IMG/VR virus record: IMGVR_UViG_3300023184_000025
Coordinates: 124,001-188,000 of that record
Length of the DNA: 64,000 nt
Reading direction: 5' to 3' (one strand)
Shown here piece by piece: positions 45,279 to 53,100 of the stretch (position 1 is its first letter; every line of letters begins with the position of its first letter). Both the position numbers and the translations under genes were made by a program. A model generated the notes under the pieces. The model was not told where the DNA came from, did not search any database, and saw only the letters and a list, made by a program, of their open reading frames with translations.

Positions 45279-46725
45279 TCATCAACGTTTCAAGGACAAA
45301 ATGGTTATCCATACTCTGGTGCACGGTGTATCCTAGTGATTTACTAAATTCGGCTAGCTCATTTACCCATTCGGCTCTTAAGGCAGGAGTACTATTAATT
45401 TCTTCGTTGACCCAAGATTGAGGACTTGGGCCAATCATCTTTATACCCAACTCATCTTTATGCCGATCTAGGTATGTGTTAGTAAAAACAGCAAGGCTAC
45501 CACCCCAGTTAACTGAAATCACATCCTTGAATCTAGTATTATCAATCAACCATTGTTTTGCATAATCAATGTCTTTTCTTACTTCTGTGATCCAACCAAC
45601 CAGTGCTAAAAGGTTAATCTTAATTCCGTATTTTTGTGCTTGCTCTAGATGGAATTCAATTGAACTATTTGAGAATTTTTTACCAATATGATATCTAATA
45701 TGTTCATTTAAATTCTCAAGACCAACAATTAAAATTTCAGCGCCGCTACTGGCTACCAGTTCCCAGTCAGTTTCTGAGCTGGCTGTTTTCTCTCTAAAAA
45801 TATAATAACCCGACCAGCTAAAAGAATTATCTGGGTTGTTACGATTGTACTCGCTGAGTAGCGTAATAAAACGATTAAATTCTTTAAGATTTCCGTTGGT
45901 TAACGCATCTTGAAATTTAAAAGTACGAATATTATATTTTTTATTTTGCTCTATCATCTCGTTGAAAATGTTGTCTGCTGTTCTCCAGGTGAAGTTTTTC
46001 CAATTTTCAATGTAATCACAAAACTTACATTTCCTAACACATCCTCTACTACCCATTATGCCAAGAATCTTTTTCCCGTAAACAGAAAAATTGTAGTCAG
46101 AATAATCAGGCGTGGGCAACAGAGACAATTCTTCTCTGTTTAACTCTTTCCAGTCAGAAGTATTGATACCTGGATATTCATTATTTCCTGTAAGAAGTTC
46201 ATACAAAGAGTGCTCGCCGTCGCCACGAATAATGTAATCAACCAATCCAATATTAACCAACTCTTCAGCCAATGGAAGTGGGCCCATAAAACCGTGTTCA
46301 GAACATCCTGGACCGCCCACAATGATCTTGATGTTAGGATTGATTTTTTTTATAAAATACACAATCCATCTAAGACTATTCTGACACAAATAACTAAAAA
46401 CGCTAATGCCCACATACTTTGGATTATATGACACTATCTGTTCTGCAATGCTGATAAACAAGTCCGATAACCAATCTTTAACCTCTTTGTCCACATGCCC
46501 ATTAAAGAAAAAAGATATGATTTCATTTTTGTTTGGGTGTTCGTTAACAAGTTTAACTATGTCTCCATTTAAGTCCACTGCTAGACATGATAGTCCGGCT
46601 TTTTCTATTACTGGTTTTAATGAGGCTGGGGCCATTAATGCAAAATTAGTTTCCGTCCAGGGAATAGAAATAGCAACCATATCTTTGGTTTCGTTGTTTA
46701 TATTATTAAGGCTTGTAAAATTCAT
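45265..46725 (-). CDS. Cobalamin-binding radical SAM enzyme (class B-like); start uncertain
   Basis: B12-binding region GISVF, IIVGGP, GDGE; SRGCVRKCKFC (CxxxCxxC); GLE. Confidence 0.88.
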   Translation of the reverse strand: MNFTSLNNINNETKDMVAISIPWTETNFALMAPASLKPVIEKAGLSCLAVDLNGDIVKLVNEHPNKNEIISFFFNGHVDKEVKDWLSDLFISIAEQIVSYNPKYVGISVFSYLCQNSLRWIVYFIKKINPNIKIIVGGPGCSEHGFMGPLPLAEELVNIGLVDYIIRGDGEHSLYELLTGNNEYPGINTSDWKELNREELSLLPTPDYSDYNFSVYGKKILGIMGSRGCVRKCKFCDYIENWKNFTWRTADNIFNEMIEQNKKYNIRTFKFQDALTNGNLKEFNRFITLLSEYNRNNPDNSFSWSGYYIFREKTASSETDWELVASSGAEILIVGLENLNEHIRYHIGKKFSNSSIEFHLEQAQKYGIKINLLALVGWITEVRKDIDYAKQWLIDNTRFKDVISVNWGGSLAVFTNTYLDRHKDELGIKMIGPSPQSWVNEEINSTPALRAEWVNELAEFSKSLGYTVHQSMDNHFVLETLMNEKT

Positions 46726-46750
46726 TTTTAGTTGTCTACGGGCAATTCCA

Positions 46751-46782
46751 ACAAGTGTAACAGATACACTTGTACCTGTCAA
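46751..46782 (-). promoter_or_regulatory. Sigma70 promoter TTGACA-N17-TACACT with inverted repeat over the -10
   Basis: -35 at 46782-46777, -10 at 46759-46754; ACAAGTGTA/TACACTTGT arms at 46751-46759 and 46765-46773. Confidence 0.65.
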
Positions 46783-46808
46783 CTGTTATATTTTCAAATT
46801 GATATCTA

Positions 46809-47573
46809 TTAACCAATGACCAATGTCAGCGGCTGTGATCCATCTACATAGAGTTTTAGATCTTCTATGCATCTATCCATCTGAGTTTGTGCTTCGCTCT
46901 TCATTGCTGATCCATTTAGGGTGCCACCACCTTGAGGTCCAGCAATGGTGCCAAACTTTTCACGTGCTTCACCAATGATCATTTTAGAAGCGGCAACCAT
47001 GTAATCACGTATCCATTGACTAATTTGAAAGTCGCTTAACAAAGTAATTTCAGGTTTGAGATTGTAGGTCCATAACAACACTACTTCGCCAGTGCCTTTT
47101 GGGTCACGTATTAGCTGTAGTTTTTTTGTAACAGGATTCCAGGTAAAGTTGATATAGCCACCAAACATACGTGCGGCCAGTTCCACATACTGTTGATAAA
47201 AGTCGTAGGTTGCAAGTCCGCCTTGCTGTTGATTAAAGTTTAATAGATAAGTGTTTAATGTTGCGGCGCCAAACGGGTCAAAACTTGTGCCACCGCCTCC
47301 GGTGCTGAGGCCAATTGTGCGTCTGAAAATTTGTCTGACTTGTGTAACTTCTTGTGGCAACGTGTATTCATTTACATCGTTAAGTAATTCCATAAAGCTG
47401 TAGCTTTCTTCATAGGCATTTTGCGCACGTTGGCGATAAGTGCCTATAGTTTTCTGATAAGCGGCTTCGAAGTGTGCTGGGTCTAGCTCAATGTCAATTA
47501 TTTGACTGGCTAGTTGTAACTGCACATATTCTATCAGTTGTTTCTTCAGCGGGTCTAGTGTTTGATCTGCCAT
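46809..47573 (-). CDS. gp13: Neck protein (T4 gp13-like)
   Basis: LQL..QIIDIEL, YTLP, WIRDY..A..KMIIG..R.KF, LNG..MKSEA; TAAATA plus AAGGAG SD. Confidence 0.85.
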   Translation of the reverse strand: MADQTLDPLKKQLIEYVQLQLASQIIDIELDPAHFEAAYQKTIGTYRQRAQNAYEESYSFMELLNDVNEYTLPQEVTQVRQIFRRTIGLSTGGGGTSFDPFGAATLNTYLLNFNQQQGGLATYDFYQQYVELAARMFGGYINFTWNPVTKKLQLIRDPKGTGEVVLLWTYNLKPEITLLSDFQISQWIRDYMVAASKMIIGEAREKFGTIAGPQGGGTLNGSAMKSEAQTQMDRCIEDLKLYVDGSQPLTLVIG

Positions 47574-47594
47574 GTAGGGCTCCTTGCCCTATAT

Positions 47595-48740
47595 TTAGCG
47601 CACCTTCAACAGTATCAAGTTCTCATTGCCACGTCCGTTAAACTTGGTATCTGTTGCCTTGATGTCCTTGAATACCTTACGAGCCTGTGGTGCTCCTACT
47701 GACAGCAACGCTTTGATCTGTTCAGCAGGCTTACGTAGGGTTTTTTGCACACTGGTAGCGGCGTCAAACCCAATGATAGAACTGCTTTTTACAGTAAGAG
47801 AGCCAATGTGACTGTCTGCTGTGACATGGATCAACTTGCGTTTTTTGGTGTCGTACAACCAGGCTTCTGTGGCACCCACCAGGCCCGTGACAGGCACTGA
47901 CTTGAGTTTGAGTTCTGCAAACTCTTTGAGATACTTGAATTTGGCTGTGAGTTTGGCAGGATCAATGGGTTTTGACTTGCGTGGCTTGCGCTCGACCTTT
48001 TTAATTTGCACATAGGCACCACAGTCGTTGATCACTGTCTCGCAGAACTTGATCATATTACGAATGTCAATTTTGCTATAGCAACTGTACGCTTCAACCA
48101 ATTGTGAGTCTTTGCCTTTGGCAACTTCCTCAAATTCTTCTAGTCGTTTTTTCCAAATGTCAGAAATGGTACTGATCATTTGTGGCGCTACATTCATGCC
48201 GCGTATTGTGGCAATAGGTTTGACATTGGCTGACATTTTGGCACCCTCGGTAACAAAGTCATCAAACAGGCCTTCGATTTCGCCAGCACACTCGGATACC
48301 TTTTCACGCAATCGGTCCTGAATGGTTATTTTGGCCGCCGATGCATCCTCAGCCACTACTTCTTCTTTCATTTCTTCTTTGATCTCTAGTAATTCTTTAA
48401 TGAGATTATCTAATTTAATTTGTTCATGTTCGTTTAACTCAAGCCCCATGTCACTCATGCGGCACAACCAGCCTGTGGTCAGACGAATTTGACTGTCGCT
48501 GAGACTGCGAATCTGTTTGGCATCTCGGGTACGCTCATGACGATCCAAATAGGATGCAATCATGTCCTTGGCATCTTTTTTGCCGTAAAAGTAATTGTAC
48601 CATCCAAATGCCTTGCTCAATGCACTGATGCGATAGTCAGATGGTTGGTGTGCCCAAATGGGTTCCATGCCCATGGCATTGGTATCTGCACTACGTGGGT
48701 TCAGTGGCTTGGGTGGTTTAATTTTAGTTTGGGTAATCAT
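47595..48740 (-). CDS. Hypothetical protein (381 aa) in the early island
   Basis: Long ORF with AAGGA SD; no family recognised. Confidence 0.85.
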   Translation of the reverse strand: MITQTKIKPPKPLNPRSADTNAMGMEPIWAHQPSDYRISALSKAFGWYNYFYGKKDAKDMIASYLDRHERTRDAKQIRSLSDSQIRLTTGWLCRMSDMGLELNEHEQIKLDNLIKELLEIKEEMKEEVVAEDASAAKITIQDRLREKVSECAGEIEGLFDDFVTEGAKMSANVKPIATIRGMNVAPQMISTISDIWKKRLEEFEEVAKGKDSQLVEAYSCYSKIDIRNMIKFCETVINDCGAYVQIKKVERKPRKSKPIDPAKLTAKFKYLKEFAELKLKSVPVTGLVGATEAWLYDTKKRKLIHVTADSHIGSLTVKSSSIIGFDAATSVQKTLRKPAEQIKALLSVGAPQARKVFKDIKATDTKFNGRGNENLILLKVR

Positions 48741-48748
48741 GTTAGTCC

Positions 48749-49036
48749 TTACTTAGTTCTGGGCAAGTGTTTTACAGCATCAAAAAGTTTAGCGGCACGG
48801 GTAACGTCAAAATTCTTGTGCTTGTACATCCAGGCTTTTTTGCGTTCTGCTGTTTCCAGGGCCTCTGCCAGTTTCCATTTAGTGTTAAAGTCCACTGTCA
48901 TTATTATACGGCTCATGTCCACAATGTCAAGAGCGTACTCTACCCATTTTTCTGTGGCTTTTATTTTGTCGTAAGACTGTATAAATCCCTTGCCTTTTGG
49001 GCCTGTGTACTTTGTTAAAAAGTTTGTGGCTTGCAT
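48749..49036 (-). CDS. Early hypothetical protein (95 aa; start revised to 49036)
   Basis: AAAGGAG SD and consensus promoter upstream. Confidence 0.75.
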   Translation of the reverse strand: MQATNFLTKYTGPKGKGFIQSYDKIKATEKWVEYALDIVDMSRIIMTVDFNTKWKLAEALETAERKKAWMYKHKNFDVTRAAKLFDAVKHLPRTK

Positions 49037-49063
49037 ATACACTCCTTTGTTGTACAAGTGTAT

Positions 49064-49092
49064 ATTATAGCAGACTCAGATTATGTAGTCAA
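49064..49092 (-). promoter_or_regulatory. Early sigma70 promoter TTGACT-N17-TATAAT (TGn)
   Basis: -35 at 49092-49087, -10 at 49069-49064. Confidence 0.8.
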
Positions 49093-49188
49093 CGGCGTTG
49101 TTGTTTTGGGAGGTGTGGGCCGTTTGGGTGCGGTGTCACAGGATTCGATTCCTTTAAAATGCCATTTTCTGCAATGTGTACATTCCAT
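49081..49188 (-). CDS. 35-aa Cys/His microprotein (not in ORF track)
   Basis: MECTHCRKWHFKGIESCDTAPKRPTPPKTTTPLTT*; AAAGG SD and consensus promoter directly upstream. Confidence 0.6.
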   Translation of the reverse strand: MECTHCRKWHFKGIESCDTAPKRPTPPKTTTPLTT

Positions 49189-49215
49189 TTGTTTAAACCT
49201 TTTAGTTGAGTTGTA

Positions 49216-49244
49216 ATTATAACATTATATTGATTAACTGTCAA
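49216..49244 (-). promoter_or_regulatory. Early sigma70 promoter TTGACA-N17-TATAAT (TGn)
   Basis: -35 at 49244-49239, -10 at 49221-49216. Confidence 0.85.
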
Positions 49245-49301
49245 CTGCTAGTTGTTGTTTTTAGAACACACTAGCTTTAAACTAAACTACAATGCCACCC
49301 A

Positions 49302-49307
49302 TAAATA
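49302..49307 (+). promoter_or_regulatory. Late promoter TAAATA, 7 nt before the gp14 ATG
   Basis: CATAAATA-GTACACT-ATG, no SD. Confidence 0.7.
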
Positions 49308-49314
49308 GTACACT

Positions 49315-50631
49315 ATGCCACGTTTAAGCCTTTATCGCCCTAATAAAACCAGTGACTACCGGTTCTTGGACCGCACTATTGCGGAAATGTACACCGTTGG
49401 TGGACTTGATATATTCATACACAAATACCTTGGGCCCAAGGTCTTAGATGGGTCAGACAGCAATCCTGACGTTACTCAACCAAAATACGATTCAACCAAT
49501 CCGTTGTTTATTCAGGATTTGTTATTGTTAGAAAACAGAGATCGTGCATATGATCCAGACATTTACCGATTACGTGGCGTTTACCGAACACAGGACATTG
49601 ATTTTGATTTAACACAGTTTGGTCTATTCCTTAACAATGACACTTTGTTTCTTACATTCCACTACAACGATATGCTCGATACCATTGGAAGAAAGCTCAT
49701 GAGTGGTGATGTGTTGGAAGTGCCAAATTTAAAAGACTACAATCCATTAAACGATGCAATTCCACGTGCATTGCCCAAATATTATGTGATTCAGGATTCA
49801 GCTTTTGCCAGTGAGGGTTTTAGTCAAACTTGGTTACCACACTTGTGGCGTGTCAAAGCCACACCTATGGTCAATGCACAAGAATATCAAGAAATTGTCA
49901 ACAAGCCTTTTGTTACAGAAAACATCTGGGATCCAGGAAATTTTTATCCAGCTGGTACCATTGTCAACAACGGCAACACATATTATCGGGCCGCGCAGAA
50001 CGTTCTCGTGGGTACTGAAATTACAGATACTGCATACTGGACAGAGGTTGATCCGCCAACTACCAGCGATGTAATGAGCACAAGACCAAAAGATCTTGCA
50101 ATCAATGATGCTATTCTTGCACAGGCTGAGATTGAAGTACCGCTCAGTGGTTACGATACTGTTAAGTTTTATATCTATCCAACTAATCCTGATGGAACAC
50201 CCGGTGATCCTAGTGGACCAACTGCTGACGAAACACTTAATACTGCCGACGGCCTTGAACCAAACTTGTCGGATGCGTCACAGACGCCCATAGGAGATGG
50301 CTACACAATGGGCTATCTCACCGGAGATGGTATTGCACCAAACGGTTTACCAGTGACTCCCGGAGTATCGTTTCCTACAAATCCAGCCGAAGGCGACTAT
50401 GCACTACGGTTAGATTATTTTCCAAATAGACTGTTTAGATTCAACGGCAACGTTTGGCTCAGGATTGAGGACAAGGTCAGAACTGATTTGACAAATGGTC
50501 CTCTCAATAAAACTTTACGTTCAAGCTTTGTAAATAATACCAACGAAGTAGAAACCAACGACAGAGGCGCAATTCCAAGCAGACAAAGCCTCAGTGAGAT
50601 TCTTAAACCCAGAGCAGATAACGGCGGATAA
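49315..50631 (+). CDS. gp14: Neck/head-tail connector (T4 gp14-like) with extra domains
   Basis: DLTQFGLFL.NDTLFLTFH, GDVLEVP, HLWR; precedes gp15; CBM-like insertion. Confidence 0.75.
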   Translation: MPRLSLYRPNKTSDYRFLDRTIAEMYTVGGLDIFIHKYLGPKVLDGSDSNPDVTQPKYDSTNPLFIQDLLLLENRDRAYDPDIYRLRGVYRTQDIDFDLTQFGLFLNNDTLFLTFHYNDMLDTIGRKLMSGDVLEVPNLKDYNPLNDAIPRALPKYYVIQDSAFASEGFSQTWLPHLWRVKATPMVNAQEYQEIVNKPFVTENIWDPGNFYPAGTIVNNGNTYYRAAQNVLVGTEITDTAYWTEVDPPTTSDVMSTRPKDLAINDAILAQAEIEVPLSGYDTVKFYIYPTNPDGTPGDPSGPTADETLNTADGLEPNLSDASQTPIGDGYTMGYLTGDGIAPNGLPVTPGVSFPTNPAEGDYALRLDYFPNRLFRFNGNVWLRIEDKVRTDLTNGPLNKTLRSSFVNNTNEVETNDRGAIPSRQSLSEILKPRADNGG

Positions 50632-50634
50632 CAC

Positions 50635-52017
50635 ATGCAACAGTTTTTTTATGATGAACAGATACGAAGATTTTTGTTACAATTTACAAGAATTTTTTCT
50701 AACTTTGCAATTGAATATGGTAGAGACGAAAGCGCAAACGCAACATTGATACGTGTGCCAGTTCGCTATGGTGATGCCACACGACAAGCACAGACTATCT
50801 TGCAGGAGAACTCTGCTAACAGTTTGCCTTCTACTCCATTAATGACATTTTACATAACTGGTATGGACTACGATCGACCAAGGATGCAAGATCCTTATCA
50901 TGTTAATAAAATGCAGGTTCGACAACGATATTACGATACCAGTACTGATTCCTACGAAACCACACAAGGCAATGCATTTACCATTGAACGATTGATGCCT
51001 GTTCCTTATAAAATGACTATTGGATTAGATATATGGACTTCAAACACCAATCAAAAAATGCAGTTGTTTGAGCAAATAGCAACATTGTTTAATCCTGCTC
51101 TTGAACTTCAGGGAACCGATAACTTCATTGATTGGACCAGTTTAAGCGTAGTCGAGTTAGAGTCTGTCACTTGGACTAGTCGGACTATTCCGCAGAATAC
51201 AGAAAATCCCATAGACATTATGAACATGAGATTTGGTATTCCAATTTGGATCAGTAGTCCTGCTAAAGTTAAAAAGCTTGGTGTTGTTGATAAAATCATT
51301 TATTCTGTGTTTAACAGTTTAGGTGATGCCAGCGACGCTATCACCAACAATGACTTATTACTAGGAACTAGACAACAGATTACACCATATGGTTACCAAA
51401 CTTTGTTAATTGGTAATAAAATACAGATTCTTAAAGAAAGAACAACAGTAGATCAATCAAATTCAAACACAAACTTGCCGGATAGTCCTCCTAGTAACGA
51501 ACTATGGCCAGCAGTGGTTGGAATGTATGGTGTACTGAGACCAGGCATTAGTCAGATTCGACTTGAGGATCAATGGGACGGAACAGGAAATGTTATTGGT
51601 ACTGTGTCTTACGATCCTACAGATGAGCGATTTATGTTGTTTGATGTAGACATAGATACCATTCCTCAGAATACGCTGGCCCCAATTGATTCTGTTATCG
51701 ACCCCTTGATCAGTGGTCCAGGTGTGGGTCTTCCATCAGCTGTGGATGGCACAAGATATTTGTTATTAAATGCTGTGGGGGCTATTGGAAATATTAAGCC
51801 TGCTGAAGCCTGGGGTCCGTTGGTGGCCAACGCTAATGATATTGTTCAGTACATTGATGGCATCTGGGACGTAGTGTTCAGAGCTGTTGACAGCACTGAA
51901 AACTTGCAATTTTGTACAAACCTAACCACAGGGTTACAATATCGATGGACTGGCAGTGAATGGGTTAAAAGTTATGAAGGTATATATTCTGGAGGCACCT
52001 GGAGCCTTGTGCTATGA
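50635..52017 (+). CDS. gp15: Tail sheath stabiliser/terminator (T4 gp15-like) with C-terminal extension
   Basis: FFYDEQIRRF..QF..IFSN, VPVRYG, PVPY, QLFEQIATLFNP. Confidence 0.88.
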   Translation: MQQFFYDEQIRRFLLQFTRIFSNFAIEYGRDESANATLIRVPVRYGDATRQAQTILQENSANSLPSTPLMTFYITGMDYDRPRMQDPYHVNKMQVRQRYYDTSTDSYETTQGNAFTIERLMPVPYKMTIGLDIWTSNTNQKMQLFEQIATLFNPALELQGTDNFIDWTSLSVVELESVTWTSRTIPQNTENPIDIMNMRFGIPIWISSPAKVKKLGVVDKIIYSVFNSLGDASDAITNNDLLLGTRQQITPYGYQTLLIGNKIQILKERTTVDQSNSNTNLPDSPPSNELWPAVVGMYGVLRPGISQIRLEDQWDGTGNVIGTVSYDPTDERFMLFDVDIDTIPQNTLAPIDSVIDPLISGPGVGLPSAVDGTRYLLLNAVGAIGNIKPAEAWGPLVANANDIVQYIDGIWDVVFRAVDSTENLQFCTNLTTGLQYRWTGSEWVKSYEGIYSGGTWSLVL

Positions 52018-52445
52018 TCAATGCTGTTGGTGTTTGGTTTTATAGTTTAGACACCCAAAGGTATTTGTATCTGTTAAGGAACGATCCTAAACATCCAAAT
52101 ACCTGGGGATTGCCTGGCGGCAAAACAGAACCTAAAGAAACTCTACTAGATACAATACACAGAGAATGTGCCGAGGAACTTGGTTTTTTTCCGTTTCATG
52201 TTAAATTAATTCCTTTAGAACAATTTACCAGTGCCGATGGATTATTTTGCTATCATACATTTTTCTGCTGTGTTGCTGGAGAGTTTAAACCAACTCTCAA
52301 TTATGAACACATAGGATATGCCTGGATAGACACGGGTACGTGGCCTAAGCCTATGCACCCTGGATTATGGTCAACGGTTAATTTTGAAGCAGTACAAAAT
52401 AAAATTGATACATTAAAAAAAACCGTTACACGTCACAGTAACTAA
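52014..52445 (+). CDS. Nudix hydrolase
   Basis: Nudix box WGLPGGKTEPKETLLDTIHRECAEELG. Confidence 0.9.
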   Translation: MINAVGVWFYSLDTQRYLYLLRNDPKHPNTWGLPGGKTEPKETLLDTIHRECAEELGFFPFHVKLIPLEQFTSADGLFCYHTFFCCVAGEFKPTLNYEHIGYAWIDTGTWPKPMHPGLWSTVNFEAVQNKIDTLKKTVTRHSN

Positions 52446-53100
52446 CAAATTTTCTAAAATCGTAACAACTTACATTTCGATTGTTCTTCCACATGTCTGG
52501 CATATTTGTTTCTGTGCCAACTAATATGAACTGAGTTGTTTTATAAGCCGTAAACACTGAGTTAACATGTTCTTTCCAGGCAATTCTACCAGCTTGATTA
52601 TCAGTGTCATTGTTATATCCAAGTAAGAATACCTCGTTGTGGCCATCAAATGCCGCAATATAAACTGCCGCTGCCAATTCATCAAGCCGCCCAATGTGTG
52701 GCACTAGATAAAGTTTACCAGGGTACTTAGAAACATTTCTTGCTGTTGTATAAACAATATTCTGGTCAGAATATCCAGTTGCATCAATTTCTTGTAGATG
52801 ACTATCTTCTGAAGTGACATAAAAATCAAACTTCATTGACTTCCACAAGTCTCCTGATCCGTATGTCTGTAATTTTTTCTTTCCAAGTAATCCACCTTTG
52901 TGTTTTTCTAATTTTTTAAAATTAAATTGGTCCTGATCAAGTGCGCTGCCAATGACTGCGGCTCGACCTGAAATATGTTGGTTTTCAATTGGATTGGGTA
53001 ACCATTCTTTTGTTTGGTTTTTTTGATTTCCTGACCAGACTAAATTTGTAACTACAAATTCCCCAGTGTAATCTGCACGGTATCTATTAATAATGTTCAC
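52426..53100 (-). CDS. Maf/DUF115 (MptE-like) fold protein, possible glycosyltransferase
   Basis: RAAVIGS, QTYG, DFYVT, AAAVYIAAFDG.NEVFLLGYN pattern; GTGA-coupled to the fibre gene. Confidence 0.5.
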   Translation of the reverse strand: MNIINRYRADYTGEFVVTNLVWSGNQKNQTKEWLPNPIENQHISGRAAVIGSALDQDQFNFKKLEKHKGGLLGKKKLQTYGSGDLWKSMKFDFYVTSEDSHLQEIDATGYSDQNIVYTTARNVSKYPGKLYLVPHIGRLDELAAAVYIAAFDGHNEVFLLGYNNDTDNQAGRIAWKEHVNSVFTAYKTTQFILVGTETNMPDMWKNNRNVSCYDFRKFVSYCDV

